Positions 39,311 through 53,668 of a stretch of 64,000 nt of DNA are shown here, in pieces. A model generated the notes under the pieces. It was not told the origin of the DNA and did no database searches. It worked only from the letters and a program-made list of their open reading frames with translations. The stretch is from Lama glama (lineage: Eukaryota), in NCBI GenBank assembly GCA_028534125.1, contig CM052817.1, forward strand, positions 54,376,001-54,440,000, written 5' to 3'. Each line of letters begins with the position of its first letter. The first letter of the stretch is position 1. The position numbers were made by a program, and so were the translations under genes.

Positions 39311-42300
39311 TAGGGTATAAATGACAGCAGAATTCTTCTTCTATTATTCAACCCCTGCAACTGACTGAAATTTGCCAAACAGTGTCATTACTTAAACACC
39401 ATTCTGTGGCAGGGAAATGGACAACTGTGAACTCTGGCATTAGGTGGGAAGTATGGTGGGAAATAAGCCCTTTGAAATATTTTTAACTCCCATCACAAAC
39501 AATGTAAATGGCGTATTTAAAAACCTACCCTGGTTTTACAATCTGTACTATCAAAAAGTGAATGTCCTGTGAACTTTTACAAAAGAACTAAACAGTTTAT
39601 AGAATTTATAACACACAAAGTGCCATATGCATATTGGTCTGCCTACAGGAGGGAGTATACAGGCAAGACTTCTATTTCTGAAAGCACTCCTGAATTGCAA
39701 CAGAATACGATGCAGGCTCTTTGGGTGTTGTACTCATTTCTCTATCCACAGGATGTAGTTCAGTGTCTGGGAAATTATATGCTAAATTAACGGCTAAACG
39801 AATTCAGCTAAAACTAAACGTGATTGCTTTCCTTCATGCTTTAAAAAGCCAATATGCTCATGACAAAGATATCTGAAACTAAGGCCTATAGAAAAAAAAT
39901 AAGGGTTTCTTTTTCTTTAAAAAAATTCTCAGTCTCAGATTGTTATATTGTTGTCTTGTTTGCCTGAAAGATAATCAGTAGTAGCACTCAATTGTGTTGT
40001 CTTATATATTGTAAACTGAGTTTCCTTCCTGTAAGCCGATGGTGAAATTTGGTGCCCCACAATAGGTAATCCTAGTAAAAATAGCATTCACCCCAATTCT
40101 GATCCACTACCCCCCCAAACTGAAACCTCATTTTAGTTAAAATATTATATAGTTAAAGGACTATTATCATAAATCTTTTATATGGAGCACAGTGAATCTT
40201 CACTTGTTCTGGACAAAACAATATTAAAATAGTAACATGACAAAAATAAGACAAAGAAATAAAGTGAAATCTGCATCAAATTGGGACATCTTCAAAGCCA
40301 CTACTGCTAAATTCCAACCTAAATACATATTTAAGGTTAAATATATGGAGGAACTAAACAACTCTGGATACATGCAAATAATCAGGTCCTGGAGGTTTGT
40401 GAAGTTCTTCCTAGAAGAATACCCTTTAGGAATCCCAAGTCGCAGCAAAAGAGCAGTGACTAAACTTAGCCCAAAGCTAATGTCTGCTCTCAGTTCTATC
40501 AGGCACCACCTAGCTTCCCCCAGAACTAGTCCCACTATTAATCATTCTAAGGAAAGGCTTCCCTGGTCACCTGTTACAAGACAGCTAGCAGCTGGGCTAC
40601 TTTACGTAATAAGGGACTTGGTTTTCAAGGTGGTGAGGGAAAAGAACCAGAAGCTTGGCAGCTGTGATCCAGCAGCCCCACCCTTTCACCATGTAACAGA
40701 AAGCAGCTCTTGCCTCAACAGCTGGCAGGTGGTCGATGAAAACGAGCTCTGAAAGGAGGTGGAGACTGTATGCAGAGTTGTGAAAGAGTCACAGGAGGCA
40801 ACAGACAGTAGCAAAGAGCAGGGTGGAAGAGAAACAGAGAAAAGAATGAGAGAAAAGGTCAGCACCCTGGTGCGAATGAACTGTGGCAGGAACTACTCAT
40901 AGAAATTATGGGAGCTTGCAACCTGAGAAACCTTGTTTGAAAAGAAAAAAGAACAGATAGGTATGTGCCGGAAGGTATTTCATTACCCTATCTGAAAGTA
41001 GGAAAACTGGATTATCATTTGAACTTTTTCCTCACCTTTCCATCCGTTTACCACTTAATGCTGTGACTACGTAGTAATGCATTGTAAATAAAATATGATA
41101 ATTATAAACAGGAAGAAATTTGTGACAAATATTAATAAGATGATGACTCCGACTTCCCCAGCAGTCCATGTTTTGAGACCGATGCCATATTCACAGGCAT
41201 TGATTTACTCAGCAAACCTAGACTGATGTCAACCATGGGCCCCCGACTGGGCCAGACAACAGCTCATGAGGCACGGACATGGTCTCCAGTAATTGCATGT
41301 GGGAGAGAAAGGCTTCAACACCAACGATGATGCTACCTGTGATCCGTTCAAAGCGTGCAAAAGAAAGACAAGAACTCCACTGAGGACAAGACCTGCAGAA
41401 GATGGGGGTAGGGGGAAGGGGCAGGCTGCAAAGTTTCTGAAATTGAGGGACCATTCCAGCTGGCCTTGAAGGATGACTAGGGTTTATCTGAAGAGGAACT
41501 TTTTAAAAAAAGTATTTCAGGTTAAAAACAGCACATGCACATGCAAATATAAAGACCATGATAGATGGAGAAGGAAGCTGAGAGACCAGTGAAAGGATTT
41601 GCTGAGGCTTGGCTGGGGCTAAAAGCCTTACACGTGTAATAGCACTGATCCACAGATCTATCCGATTTTTCTTCAGCTGGCCTTGACAACCTGGCAAAGA
41701 AAGCCAAAGTAAGGACAGCAAACTTGAATGTGCTTCGGAGAGAAGAGGAGGAGAAAGGGAGAAAGACCATGCTCCAGATGCTGTCTCTCCATCTCCCGTG
41801 GTCCAACCCTCTCCTGGGGTTTCAGCCTAGTTCTTCACACCAGTATCTGCATAAGGGCAGGGAAACGGGGGGATTACGTGGAGAGGGCCCCCTTTAGTAA
41901 ACCCTTCACTTTCCTCTAAACAAACATCCTTTCATCAAAAAAACAGCAGCAACAGAATAAGGTATAATAAGCCAAGATGAGTGGTGGCAATAATAGCATA
42001 TAAAGCAGATCAGGAAGCTGGCATAGGAGGCATCCAGTGAAACCACATCACATTGCAAAGGGCAAACGCTGAGATGAAGCTTATCAGGCTGCCTACTTCT
42101 CCAGTCTCTGTTCAGTGTTCCTGATACCATTCTGTCTCTGCCAGAGTCCATAGCTTCTACCAAGTTCCTAACTGGTTTTCATGAACGATGACTCCATCTG
42201 TGTGTTCCCAATTACCAACTCAGGGTGCATTCGCCTCAGAGCAAGAAATCCAAGAACGGGTTCTATGGGGCTGTATTTTAATGAATTTGTTATTGCACAA

Positions 42301-44466
42301 TAATCCTAAAAGATTAAATGCTAGTTTTACTTTCTCAGTATTATAGATTTAAACCTCACATGATATAAGAGAACATGCCATACCTACAGATACACATGCA
42401 TATGTCTATTTTAAGGGAGAGATGACACATCGGTTTTATGTTTATTACTTCTACAGTTATTTAGGCCCCACAGAGAAAGAAAACTAAATTCAGCAATTCT
42501 TTTATAATACTATTTAAGAGACTTTTATTTTTATTCTGTCAAATGGACATGTATGTTATTACAGCATTTTTATAAGGAAAATATACCCCAAAGAACAGAT
42601 GACTTGAAATACAAGTTTAGTTTCCAATCTGTTTTCTGATCAGTAAAGCACAATTCCTCCCCTTTCATCATATTTACTACTGTATAAATCACTGTAACTG
42701 AAGTCAGCTAATAAACTTTCACAGCCAAAGTCTCACACTGAACTCCATAACCCACAAATATTTGCTCTATAAAATATGACAGGTTGGGAAAGTTGGGTAG
42801 ATCTGGATAGCAGCAAATGATCCTCATTTTTGTATCCTATCCATGAATTGTATTTAAAATTGCCAACACAAATTTACCTTCAATACAGAAAGATATCCAA
42901 GTCCAAGGTTAGTATTTCATCAAAATATTTTAGCCGTAAAGTAAAACTGAATTTAAATCAATCTTAATAGCGTGGTTAGCTTTATTAGGCTGCACAGCGA
43001 AATAAAGTCCTTTAACTTATTTTATGGTGACGGTATTAAAATCAACCTTGGGTTTCATTCACAAATCAGGCATAACAGCCTTATAATATTATTTGCCAAA
43101 GATTTCCACTAATACAAACATAACTTTCCTTTAAAGGTCTTTGAAGGAAGAGGAACTAGAATGGCAATTAGTTTTCCTTCAAAACAAAATGACAGCTGTA
43201 AAGAGAAGCCAATATTAGAACAAGGCCTTATTTAAATATTACAAGTAACATTTAAAACTTTAAAAGCTAGTTTCTATTAAGATATGTACTGTTAGGGGAA
43301 ATCCTAATCCCCTCCCTCATGCAGAAACTTCTACTCCTAAAAGGAAAACACATTTGACCATCTAATCTTCACTCCTCATGAGAGAAGCAGAGATTACATG
43401 GTGGGCAGGACCTTGAGAGTCTATTACTGAATTCTACATACTTCAGTTTAGCAAGAAAAAGGTGTAAAAAGTCTGCCCATGACATGGGTGCCTTTTCTCA
43501 TTTGGTCTGTTTAACTTTAGCCTGAGGGGGAAGCATCTGAAAAACCACTGGCTGCAGGTCCAGACCATGGTTTCTCATGGAGATCTACCAACAATATAGA
43601 TAGCTTGATTTCCATCTGACTCCTGTGTGTATTTCCCCGTTGGTTTGAAATTGAAGTCCCTACTCCTAACACACTGTGGGGCCACTGGGTTCTTACCAAA
43701 TCACCTCCTGAAATTCTAGTCATCTTTAAATGTTCATGTCTAATATTACCTATTTTGGTGAGCATTTAATTGATTCCCTTGTTGAAATTAATTGTTTCTC
43801 CTCAATGTTCGCATGGCACTTTGCGGTGCACTTGTCCTATTTCCTCACTAGCTTACAAATAAAGCCAGAGACAATAAATTATTGGTATGCCCTTTGAACG
43901 GTGTCTTGCATAGAACTGTTCAATAACTGCTAGATTAAATTCTAAAATGCATATACTCCTTAATGTTAAAACATTGAAATTAAGAATGTGTTTATGAAGT
44001 ATGATGAGGACAGTCTACAAAAATGAAATCATTATATATATTCTATTTACCCAACAAATAAGAGCGCATTCCTAAACAGTTTAGGGAAAACTGTTAGCCA
44101 ACAGACCTCAGGCAATGATAACTTGTATACTGAGAATTCCTATGTATTTTCTGCACTGCTAGTTCTCATGAAAAATGTAGGCAACTTTTTCACTGGAAAG
44201 GTCCTCACTGATAAACCCAGGCCCTAGTTTTTCTTGAGATTTCAGTCATTGATCCCAATTTTATGCTTATATATACAGAAGAGATTTAGTTCTTAAAATA
44301 ATGCAAATGTCCTTTGATTCAAATATAAATCAATGTATGAAATAATAGAAAAAAGAAAGGAAAATTGCAGATGCACTCAAATAGCTATTCACAGGCTTCC
44401 TTGTGGCAATTAACAATCCTCCATGTTTAAAAAACATTGAAGCACAATTTCATCGGTCTGGAAGAC

Positions 44467-44660
44467 ATTCATTCACCTCATTGAACAGTTACTGAACACC
44501 AACTACATGCGGGTCCTCTGCAGGAACTGGAAGCACAGCAGTGCAACATGACAGACACGGTCCCCATCCTCACTGAGGTTACAACTGTGCAAAGCCCCAG
44601 ATATTAAACAGATAACCAAGCAAATAAAATTGTGACTCAGTGTTGCCCAGGAAAAAAAGG
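44467..44660 (-). mobile_element. L2 LINE 3' end
   Basis: cattcattcac..aacagttactgaacaccaactacatgc...gacagacacggtccccatcctcactgaggttaca, an antisense L2 terminus. Confidence 0.8.
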
Positions 44661-45063
44661 AGTTAGGTGAAAGAGGTGAACGAGGAGCTTCATGACCAAA
44701 TATATTCTGATAACCCAAATCAAGCCACAAGCAACTGCAAATTTAGTTATTTTTAATGTTTACATGTAAATATAATGAAACACAAGACATATTTCTCTCA
44801 AATAGTATATTGCTAGCAAAATATAGAATTCAAACTATACTAAGAAGGAATGACGTACCTGAATGTATTTTTGTGCTCACGAGTAAAAAAAAAGTTACAT
44901 TATTCTGTAACCAAGCAATAGATAATGGTGATGTTTACTAAAATCTCAGAAAGATTCTGGTTAAAAGTGGACAATGGAAGACAGGTCATTCCCAATTCAA
45001 ATATAAGTAACTAACATATTTTATAAAAACCAAATATAGAAAGCACAATTTAAAAAATTCTTA

Positions 45064-45180
45064 AAAATATGAAAAGGAATATATGTATGTATATGCATGA
45101 CTGGGGCACTGTGCTGTACACCAGAAATTGACATATTGTAACTGATGGTACTTCAATTAAAAAAAAAAAGATGCATTCAC
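45064..45180 (+). mobile_element. Short L1 3'-terminal fragment with poly(A)
   Basis: aatatgaaaaggaatatatgtatgtatatgcatgactggggcactgtgctgtacaccagaaattgaca..ttgtaactga..tacttcaattaaaaaa is homologous to the 3' end of the L1 at 27730-27823. An approximate TSD is AAAAAATTCTT / AAAAAATTTCTT. Confidence 0.9.
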
Positions 45181-47368
45181 AAAAAAAATTTCTTTACAAT
45201 ACCCATCCTAAAAACAAGAAAAGTAATTTCCTTCAAAAGCATTTCCAAGTCACTTACAGATTAATCTGCCTAAAATGGGTATTGACGAAAGTAATTTCAG
45301 TATATTGATGCCTTATTCAAGAATCTACATGGTATTTCTTGATGAGGTATTACCAATTTCTTGATGAGGTAAAAAATCCTATGCCTGTCACTGAAGATCT
45401 TCTGGAATCTATCCTGAACCACATAACCGCTTCTGAAATTTCTACCCTAAACATTTATGAAAACTACCATAATGTCTTTGTCATCTTTATTGAATGGTCC
45501 TTCTACTTATGCATCTCATCGCTATATTGGTTCTATCGTTTAAGGCCCAACATGTGCTATGTTTGTTCCATTAATTAATTTATCAGATTATGTCTAGAAA
45601 TTATCAAAGATTTATACTTTCAATATAAATCTCACCACGTTTCGTATGAATATACGTGTATAAAGTTTTTTAATCTAAAATAAGTATCATAACAGAACAC
45701 AATTCAATAATTTAAATAAAATAATGGATGAAAGACCAAACAGTAAATGCTCAATAAGTATTATATATTATGCAGATACAACAGCCACTAAAATCGTAAC
45801 CACCATTAGCTTCAACAAAATCTTTCACCAATTCATTCAACAAATAATTATCAAAGATGTACTATTCAGAAAATTGTAATGAACAAGATAAATTTATCTC
45901 TCTTGAAACCTTAAACACTAAACAAGTAAATGCGTGAAAAAAAAAGTACATCCTTTGGCAAGTATCGAGAAAGAAATGAGCGGTTACAAAGAACCTGCCA
46001 GTAGCTCATGAGTATATCACCATCAAAATATCTGTATAGAGCTCTGTATACCCATGAACTTCCCTAAAATGTGCCATTAGTAAATGTAGAAAGCTATTAC
46101 CTACTCAACTACATTTTATTTCAGCATTAAAAGAGTAAGAAAACAATGACAAAGACCTTTACATCTATCTTATATACATTAAAGTAAGCTCTGCTTTGCT
46201 CTCCTTTACTCAAACAATGAACTTTTCTTCATACCGCACTTGCAGAGCAAAGGTCTTGTGGAGACAGGCAGAAAAGGAGCTCTTCTGAGATCAATTTGGA
46301 AAACACCCCAGTGAGTCAGATCTGAAAACTGAAGTGGTTGCCAAGTAATCAACCGCGTTATTATCTTGATACTCCACTAAATACACACTCGCATATTTCA
46401 GTTTATGAACTTTATGAACTTGCAGCAGCCAGTTCTTTCTCAAGAATGCCTTTCTCAACTGTTTCTTAAGTCTAAAGTAACAACTGTCCTACTTCAATGT
46501 CATATTTAGTTTTACCTATTTTCAGTGGAAATGATACTCTAAAAGAAAATCCTATTCTCTTCATGTTAAAATTTCATTACATTCAAGTACCACTTAAACC
46601 CTCTCAAAAAAATAAAGCATTATATCTTGTAGCTTCTACTCTCTTTTTTTTTTTCTTTTTTTCTAGACATCTACTTTGACTCATTTGTTATTCTCCCCCT
46701 GTGTTTGTATTTAAGTGGGCAGGCAGCAAACAGTGGGGATGGAGATTTAGACTGTCAATTATTCTGCTCACTCAGAGTCTGTGTTCTATTTGATGTCTCC
46801 TGGGAGAGCGTAACATCCATAGTAACAGATGTACAAGCACTTACTTTAGGGCTGTTTTAAATGCCATCGCTAGTTTTAAAAAAACTCTACCTAGGACCCT
46901 ACCAATTCAGGCACTAGGAATTAGCAATAATTTCCTCTTTAAATACCAGTGGCTAAAGTCTCACTACACTGAAATTCGATATACATTAAGGAGTCAACCA
47001 CAAGGTTAGCATTCCCTATAAAATATCACCCTGTCCTCTACCTTCAACCTAAAAACGTAGTCCACATTGTATATGTGGCCAAACAGACTTGAATTTATAT
47101 AAGTATGTCATCATTCACACTTTGATTTTTTTCCCTATCTTTTGTTGCAGAAACCATTAAAAAAAAAAAAAAAACAGCCCCTGCTCAGCAGCAGTTCTGG
47201 AGAGGACACCTCCGCCGATCTGTCAAATTCCTAAATGAACACGAGCTGAATGGACACAATGGACAGGGCTGTCTGGAGAGGAGGCGGAAGCACACACCAT
47301 GCTCACAAAACAGTGTGAAAAGCAAACCTATCTGGAAAAAGAAGATATATTTATTTAAAGGGGGTTTA

Positions 47369-47558
47369 ACAACAGCAGGGACCTACTGTATAGCACAGGG
47401 AACTATATTCAATTTCTTGGAACAACATATAATGGAAAATAATCTGAAAAAATATATATACCTATGTATGTATATGTATAACTGAATCGCTTTGCTGTAT
47501 ACCTGAAACTAACATTGTAAATCAACTACACTTCAATACAAAATAAAGCTAAGAAAAA
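47369..47558 (+). mobile_element. Short L1 3' end with 13-bp TSD
   Basis: acctactgtatagcacagggaactatattcaat...actgaatcgctttgctgtatacctgaaactaacattgtaaatcaactacacttcaat. TSD TAAAGGGGGTTTA (47356-47368) and TAAAGAGGGTTTA (47559-47571) match at 12 of 13 positions. Confidence 0.95.
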
Positions 47559-47699
47559 TAAAGAGGGTTTAGTTACCCTACAGGTGTTTAGTAATTATCT
47601 TCTTTGCCAAGCTTAACTAAGCTAAATCTTTTTTCTGTATTTTTAAAAATATAGGTCATAATGAGTTTTACTTAATATACATAGTATGTTTTTAAAAAC

Positions 47700-47915
47700 A
47701 GTAATAGTTACTTGTCATTTCAATGTACACTACATGCTTTATGTAAAATACCGGTTTCAATCTTCACAGCAATTCTATTACAATCTTCATGTTACAGTTG
47801 AGGACACTGAGAACTGAACTGTCAAGTGATATGCCCTAGGAAGTGGCATAGCAGGGATCTGAATCTAAGTTTGCCTGAACCCAAACCCCAATCCTTAACC
47901 CCTTCACTCTACTGT
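47700..47915 (-). mobile_element. MIR SINE
   Basis: tcaatcttcacagcaattctat..catgttacagttgaggacactgag...aagtgatatgccc...gtggcatagcagggatctgaatctaag. Confidence 0.8.
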
Positions 47916-48040
47916 CTCTAACTAGGACTCGTCAATTTTAAGCTGATTCTAAAGACAGCTTTTGAAATAGAGTGAGTGCTACTGAAATGGTCAGTCTGGA
48001 AACCAAAACTTTGGACTATTTCAGATAACTACACATTGTG

Positions 48041-48043
<3 letters not shown>

Positions 48044-48078
<35 letters not shown>
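48044..48078. repeat. (AC)n microsatellite
   Basis: About 17 perfect units. Confidence 0.95.
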
Positions 48079-48080
<2 letters not shown>

Positions 48081-51000
48081 TAAGAATTTAAACTTTCACA
48101 AAATAATGTTTAAGTTTTCTTGTAAAAGTTTAGGGAAACCTTGAAAATAGAATCATACATATATACAGATAGTCTGAAAGAATTGAAGAACAGATATTTT
48201 TCTCTCAAGTGAATCCTCAATTTGTTAAAATGTTTTTAGTACCACAGTGATTAAGTATTTCAATAATTATTAACCTCTCCCATAAAGAAGATCTAAAGAG
48301 GCAATGAAAAGTCGACACAGTAGCTCTATCGCTTTAGCACTTAGTTTGTGCTCTTGTACTATAAGAACAAATGCTAATTACTGTTCAGCCCTAATGCTAA
48401 TCTCAGCATCTGCTAATTAAAAGATCACATCTTCTGCAAAGTCAGCATTATCATTCAAATGAAAACATTAATCAGCTTGAAAAATTCAAAATCAATCAGC
48501 TAAAAGGAGAAAGCTGTCAGCCTCCAATGAACTGACACCAGCACAATCTCAGAAGTGCAAAAGAGCTAGTGTCAAAGTATGTGCCTCAGATCCACATTGT
48601 TACAAAAGGTATTCAGAAATGTTTTTATTGTGTTTCCACATTTCATCCTGACCATTCACTTGCATATTGTTTTTATATGCAATATCACAATATCATCTGG
48701 CTTTTAAGAACTTGTTTAACATTTAATGCACTAGAGATGTGATTACTGACCAATTTTTAAAAATAGATGTTGCAGTTTTCAAAAAGCTAATGAAAGTTAG
48801 GGAAGTATTTCCAGAATACTAATAACTGCAGAAAAGCTCAGCTGCATTAATTATCTTACAGCTTTTTTTTTTTTTTGCTTTCTTAAAGCTAACGGATAGG
48901 TCTATATTTCATGATCTCTATCAATATTCAGAACATCTAAAATGCAGACATGGTTACACTTCAGGTCAAAGAAAAAAATGGCATTTCTCAGCTTCACTCA
49001 TGGAGTTGTCATAGACAAAAAACTCTAGGATTTTGTTAGTGGTGATCTCTGCCGTCTCATTTTGTGTTTCTCCATGTGTCAAAGAATAGAGTGGCTAACG
49101 GACTAACTGAAAGTCTAATACCTCTGTCTCTCCTTCCCCCAGTGGAGGAAAATGCAGCTAACCCAGAACTGATGGTCAAAAAATACTCAAATGTTCAGTA
49201 GAAACCTATCCACAAAACTAAAAAGTGTGACATATGTATAGGTAAGAGATAGTAAAATACATAAAACACATTATATAAAGCTTTCAATCTCTTAAATGTG
49301 AAAAGTTTAAGGTACCTAAAATTTCCAGCAGCCCAAATGAATGTATACTTGGAAAATGTGAAAAGTCCTAACATTTTCAGAATGTATTGTTCATGCATTC
49401 ACAAACAACAACAACAACACGTCAGGGAAAATAAACAAGTGATTCCTTACTAGTCAGCAACAATCATGAAGTAAAATATAAAACCATAAACTCAGATGGA
49501 ATACAACTACAGATGAATAAATACATTTCTTTTCATTTTGAAAACAAACGAGTGAAGAATTATATGTAAATTCACACATGGAGCAAAAGATTTTAATGTA
49601 GTAAAATCTGAACCAGAAAGTCAAGTTCGTAGCCTTGTTTGTGTAAAAGGACAGGAATATTGCCAGCCTAGACAGATTTACAGTAATGATTTCACTGTGC
49701 AGACAAAAGAGTTTTGATACATACTCCACCGAGGAAACTTTGTTCTAATTCACTTTACTGAATTATGAAATAAATAGTATTTTTTTCCAAAACAACTTCA
49801 TGTGACAATTGTAATTCAGAGGAATTATTACTAGAATTTATCACGCTTTTCTTAAACTTAAGACAGACTGCAGAAACCTATATATCTTACACTGACCTCC
49901 ACTCACAGAGGCTAAAAATCACTAAAAATAGTGTTATCATATTATTGATGCATGCTCACAAAAATTTATTTTATATGTATAATCCCTAGAAAGCTTTATT
50001 AGAATAATATTCATATGTAATAAAGACTGTCTTCATATAATGCCAAAGAATAAACAAGAAGAGTTTCAATGGTATAAATTTTTTATCTCCATGGTGCATA
50101 GGATAGAAAAATGACTGATGGGGCCAAGAAAAAGCTGCAAGGTGTCTCCTCACTGACCACATTGCAGAGAGAAGAGTCACTCTCACATGCTTAGATACAT
50201 TGATGAAAGCTGCACATTTAGGGGAAAAAAGGCTTCTCAAGGGCAGATTTCACTATACCCCAGCCCACAGAGACTGATACACATAAACAGAATGTCAACT
50301 TACTAATTTACAAGAAGAAATGACCTTCACTGGGACCCAGATATCAGAGGTCTCTCATCCATCAGTCCCCAAAGGCAGACTTCAGGGCAAGTCAAACAAA
50401 CAAGAAATCAGAACAAGAGGCATCAGTTGATTCAAGTATTTAAAGACCTCCACAGGTGGTCAAGTTATCCAGCTCAGCAAAGTGATGGTCTCACCAATGG
50501 GCAAAGAATCCCTTTTCTATCCATTCATAGTTACCCAGCTCTTCTCCTGAGTGACACACTATTTCACCAGATCTAGTCATACTTCAACGCAGTCCTAGCA
50601 AAGAGCTTCAGGCCAGGGAGCAATTCAGTCACTTTGAGATGGTTTTATACACCTATGTTTTATCCATTCTGTGCTTCTTGCCGTTTGAGGAATTTTTATG
50701 TCCCTTATGTCTCTTATTTCATAAGCAACAGTTTGGTCCACAAACTTTAGCACGCTGCACTATCATTCTGAACTACAAGTATTATATTTGTAAAGCTTTA
50801 TACAATCAGTGACATCGCCAGAAAAGATGTGGTAATTAAAAAAATTAGCCAAATCATAAGCTTAAACTTGGCAAATTAAGAATTACAGATCAACCAGCTC
50901 AACCCTTCTTAAATTATCATAAATGTAGGGTAAAGTAAACACAGTGCAGTTCAGTACTTTCATTTAATACGTATCTACTAGTGCAAACTCTAGGTCAGCA

Positions 51001-51169
51001 AGGCACATTTTGGGAGTGAGGATTTGGTGGCTGAGTGGCCCTAACATCTACTGAGTGCCTTTTACCACTAGGCATTTAACTAGACAAATGAGCACATACT
51101 CTCTCAATAATTCCTTACAGCCTTAAAGTAGGTATTTTTATCTCTACGTGCAGAAGAACAAACTAAGGC

Positions 51170-52250
51170 TCTCCTTCCATGTCTTCTGGGACCTCGCTCT
51201 GTTAATTTCTGCTTTTACTCAGATCTTCTCTCCTGAGTGACTTCTACCATTCAGCATCACATTCCAGCCTCCCTTATCTCCAAAGTGCAAGTGAGAGGAG
51301 CAGCAAACACATAAAAACTAACCCTCACAGCTGTCTACAGTTCTACTTTGGAGGCTGCCAAAGCTTTCTCTTCTTCTTTCCAATAAATGGGGAAGTAATT
51401 TACACGTGCTGTCTGTTCTTATTCACCCCCTCATTCAATCACCAACCCCCCGCAATCATCTTTCAGCCATCAGCACCCTTCAGTAACACTGCGCTGGAAA
51501 AAAGTCACTAATTACATTGAAATAAGAACTTCTGAAACACTGTCTTTGGTTCCATTTTTAAACTAAAGTGTTTCTCCTCCAAGCTCTTTGACCATTCCTT
51601 CTTATTCCCCTTTTCTAGTTTTGATCCTTCAATGTTAGAGTTCCCCAAGAACTTATCCTTGGCTATATCCTACGCCTGCACTTTATGACTCTTCCTAGTA
51701 ATTTAATTCATAACCTTGGCCTCAATCTCTGCACAAAGATGCCAAAATCTAAATCTCTAGCCCAAATCCCCCCTATAGCTCCAGAAATCTATATCCAGCC
51801 CATACCCATGTGGAAGGGAAACAAATGTCCTACAGTGAATGCAATCTTTCCCAACGAAATTTTTTCATGGTCTTCTAAGACCAAAAAATGACACCACCAT
51901 CCTCTCTATCTCCCAGGAAAGCAACATGTAAATAAACCTAGATTTATTCTCCTTTACTATCCATCTTTGATTTAGTCTTTACTCCTAAATGTTTTACTTC
52001 CTTAGAACCTCATATACCAGTACACTTCTCACCATCCCCATGCTACTGCCTAGTTAGGTCCTTAACACCTTTCCCAGAGGCATCTCTAAGCCAGCCTCCC
52101 TCACAGAACTACATATCCTCGCTTCCTCCACCTGCTAACTGCAGGAAAGTCCAAACTCCTTATCAGGGTGTCAACACCCAGCAGCTGGCTGACACCCACC
52201 TCTCTTGCTTTACTCATCAGAATTTCTGACTCCTCCTAAAAACCCCATCA
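51170..52250 (+). mobile_element. L2 LINE internal/ORF2 relic
   Basis: Pyrimidine-rich on +. cgcaatcatctttcagccatcagcacccttcagtaacactgcgctggaaaaaagtcactaat echoes L2 LQSGFRPHHSTETALxKVTND, followed by aatgttagagttccccaag and caaaatctaaatctctagcccaaa. Confidence 0.75.
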
Positions 52251-53359
52251 GCACAACACCCGTGCACACACACACACACCCAAAATTTCCAAAAGCTCAT
52301 CCTCTTTCTGCCACACCATTCAGCACAATATTCAGGTCAATGCCACATTGATCCAACATCAAATGCAGTCTCAGGAAACCAATTTCAACTTCTCTGTTGA
52401 CTGGCCTGATCCACAATATGTTTTAAAACCAGAGCATGATTATTGACATTGCAGCATTCTCCTTGCAGTTAAGTGATAACAGATACAACTCGCACTTTGG
52501 CAGCTTAGATGTGCTAAACCACAACTGCCAAACCACAGCTTCTACCATAACAGGAATTTTGAAGGAAGTGTATTCTAATACTCTTCTCTGTCACAAGTTA
52601 AGAAGCTTTTCTACCCGCATCCTCCAGTATTAACAGGGCTCATACTTTACTACACTAGGACTTGTGAGTTACTTGGCAGTTACAGCTCACCGTGCTGAAA
52701 AATCCCTACCCTCACAAAATGCTGTTAATGTTACTTAGATTGGGAATACTGAATATGTGGGTGTACAGCTTAGAGTTATTGGCAAGCACCTCTGACATTT
52801 ATAATGACTTCCAGTGTCAAGAAACAAGTTAAATTTGATGCTGAACCTGGAGGGCAGCCCCTGCACTTGCTCAGATTAACATTAACAGTCTTTCATAAGC
52901 AACTCCACACCAAAATTGATGCAAATGTCATTAGAAATCCAGTAGCCATTTCACCAAACATATTTTAAGATATGATAAACTTACTATAAATGTGAAAAAA
53001 ATGTAATATTTCAAAAGGAAAAAAAATCGTCCATTTCAAAGAGGCTGTTTCCATGGTGGGAGTAAGAAGAATGCCAAAATCCTTAACCTGAGCAAGCCAT
53101 TTTATCTTTCATCCTCATTTTATCAATACATTTTGCCTCACTCCTTATTAGTAACTGAAGTTTTCCCTAACAAGTGTCTTTGAAATCTACTTTTCACCTC
53201 TAGAGCAGGGTTCATAGGTATAGCTATGGATTACATGTCACAGTGTCTAAACAGTAGAGAAAACAAATACACGCTCCTTTCCTTATTCATTTCCTAACTT
53301 CCATACAATTAGAAATTGTATAGAAATTTGGACTAAACTTCCTTATATGTTGTGATATC

Positions 53360-53668
53360 CTTCAAGTCTTATTCAAATGTCACCTTCTCAATGAAGCCTA
53401 CCCTGTTTAATGTGACCACCTGCCTTCCATTCTCCTCAACCTTTCATTCTAATCTCCTTATCCTGCTGTCTTTTTTTCTATAGCACGTATCTTCCTAAAG
53501 GCAATGTAATTTACTCACTTTTTTAAGTTTATTATGCCTTAGAAAACTCCCCTCTAGAAAAATTTTCAAGGACAGAAATCTTTGTTGTTAATTTATGATC
53601 CCTAGTAACCAGACCAATGCCAACGGTTTTGAACAGGTACTCAAATATGTAATTGTTGCATGCTGAAT
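53360..53668 (+). mobile_element. L2 (L2a-like) 3' end
   Basis: ttcaagtcttattcaaatgtcaccttctcaatgaagcctaccctg...ggacagaaatctttg...aacaggtactcaaatatgt. Confidence 0.85.

Noticed and set aside
40237..40752. 171-aa plus-strand ORF
   Set aside because: It has no recognisable domain or supporting splice structure and lies on the strand opposite the inferred host, so it is treated as a chance ORF.
4661..45278. Five perfect CArG boxes (4661, 9676, 16343, 43749, 45269) as evidence of an SRF target gene
   Set aside because: A rough base-composition estimate predicts about this many by chance in 64 kb of AT-rich DNA.
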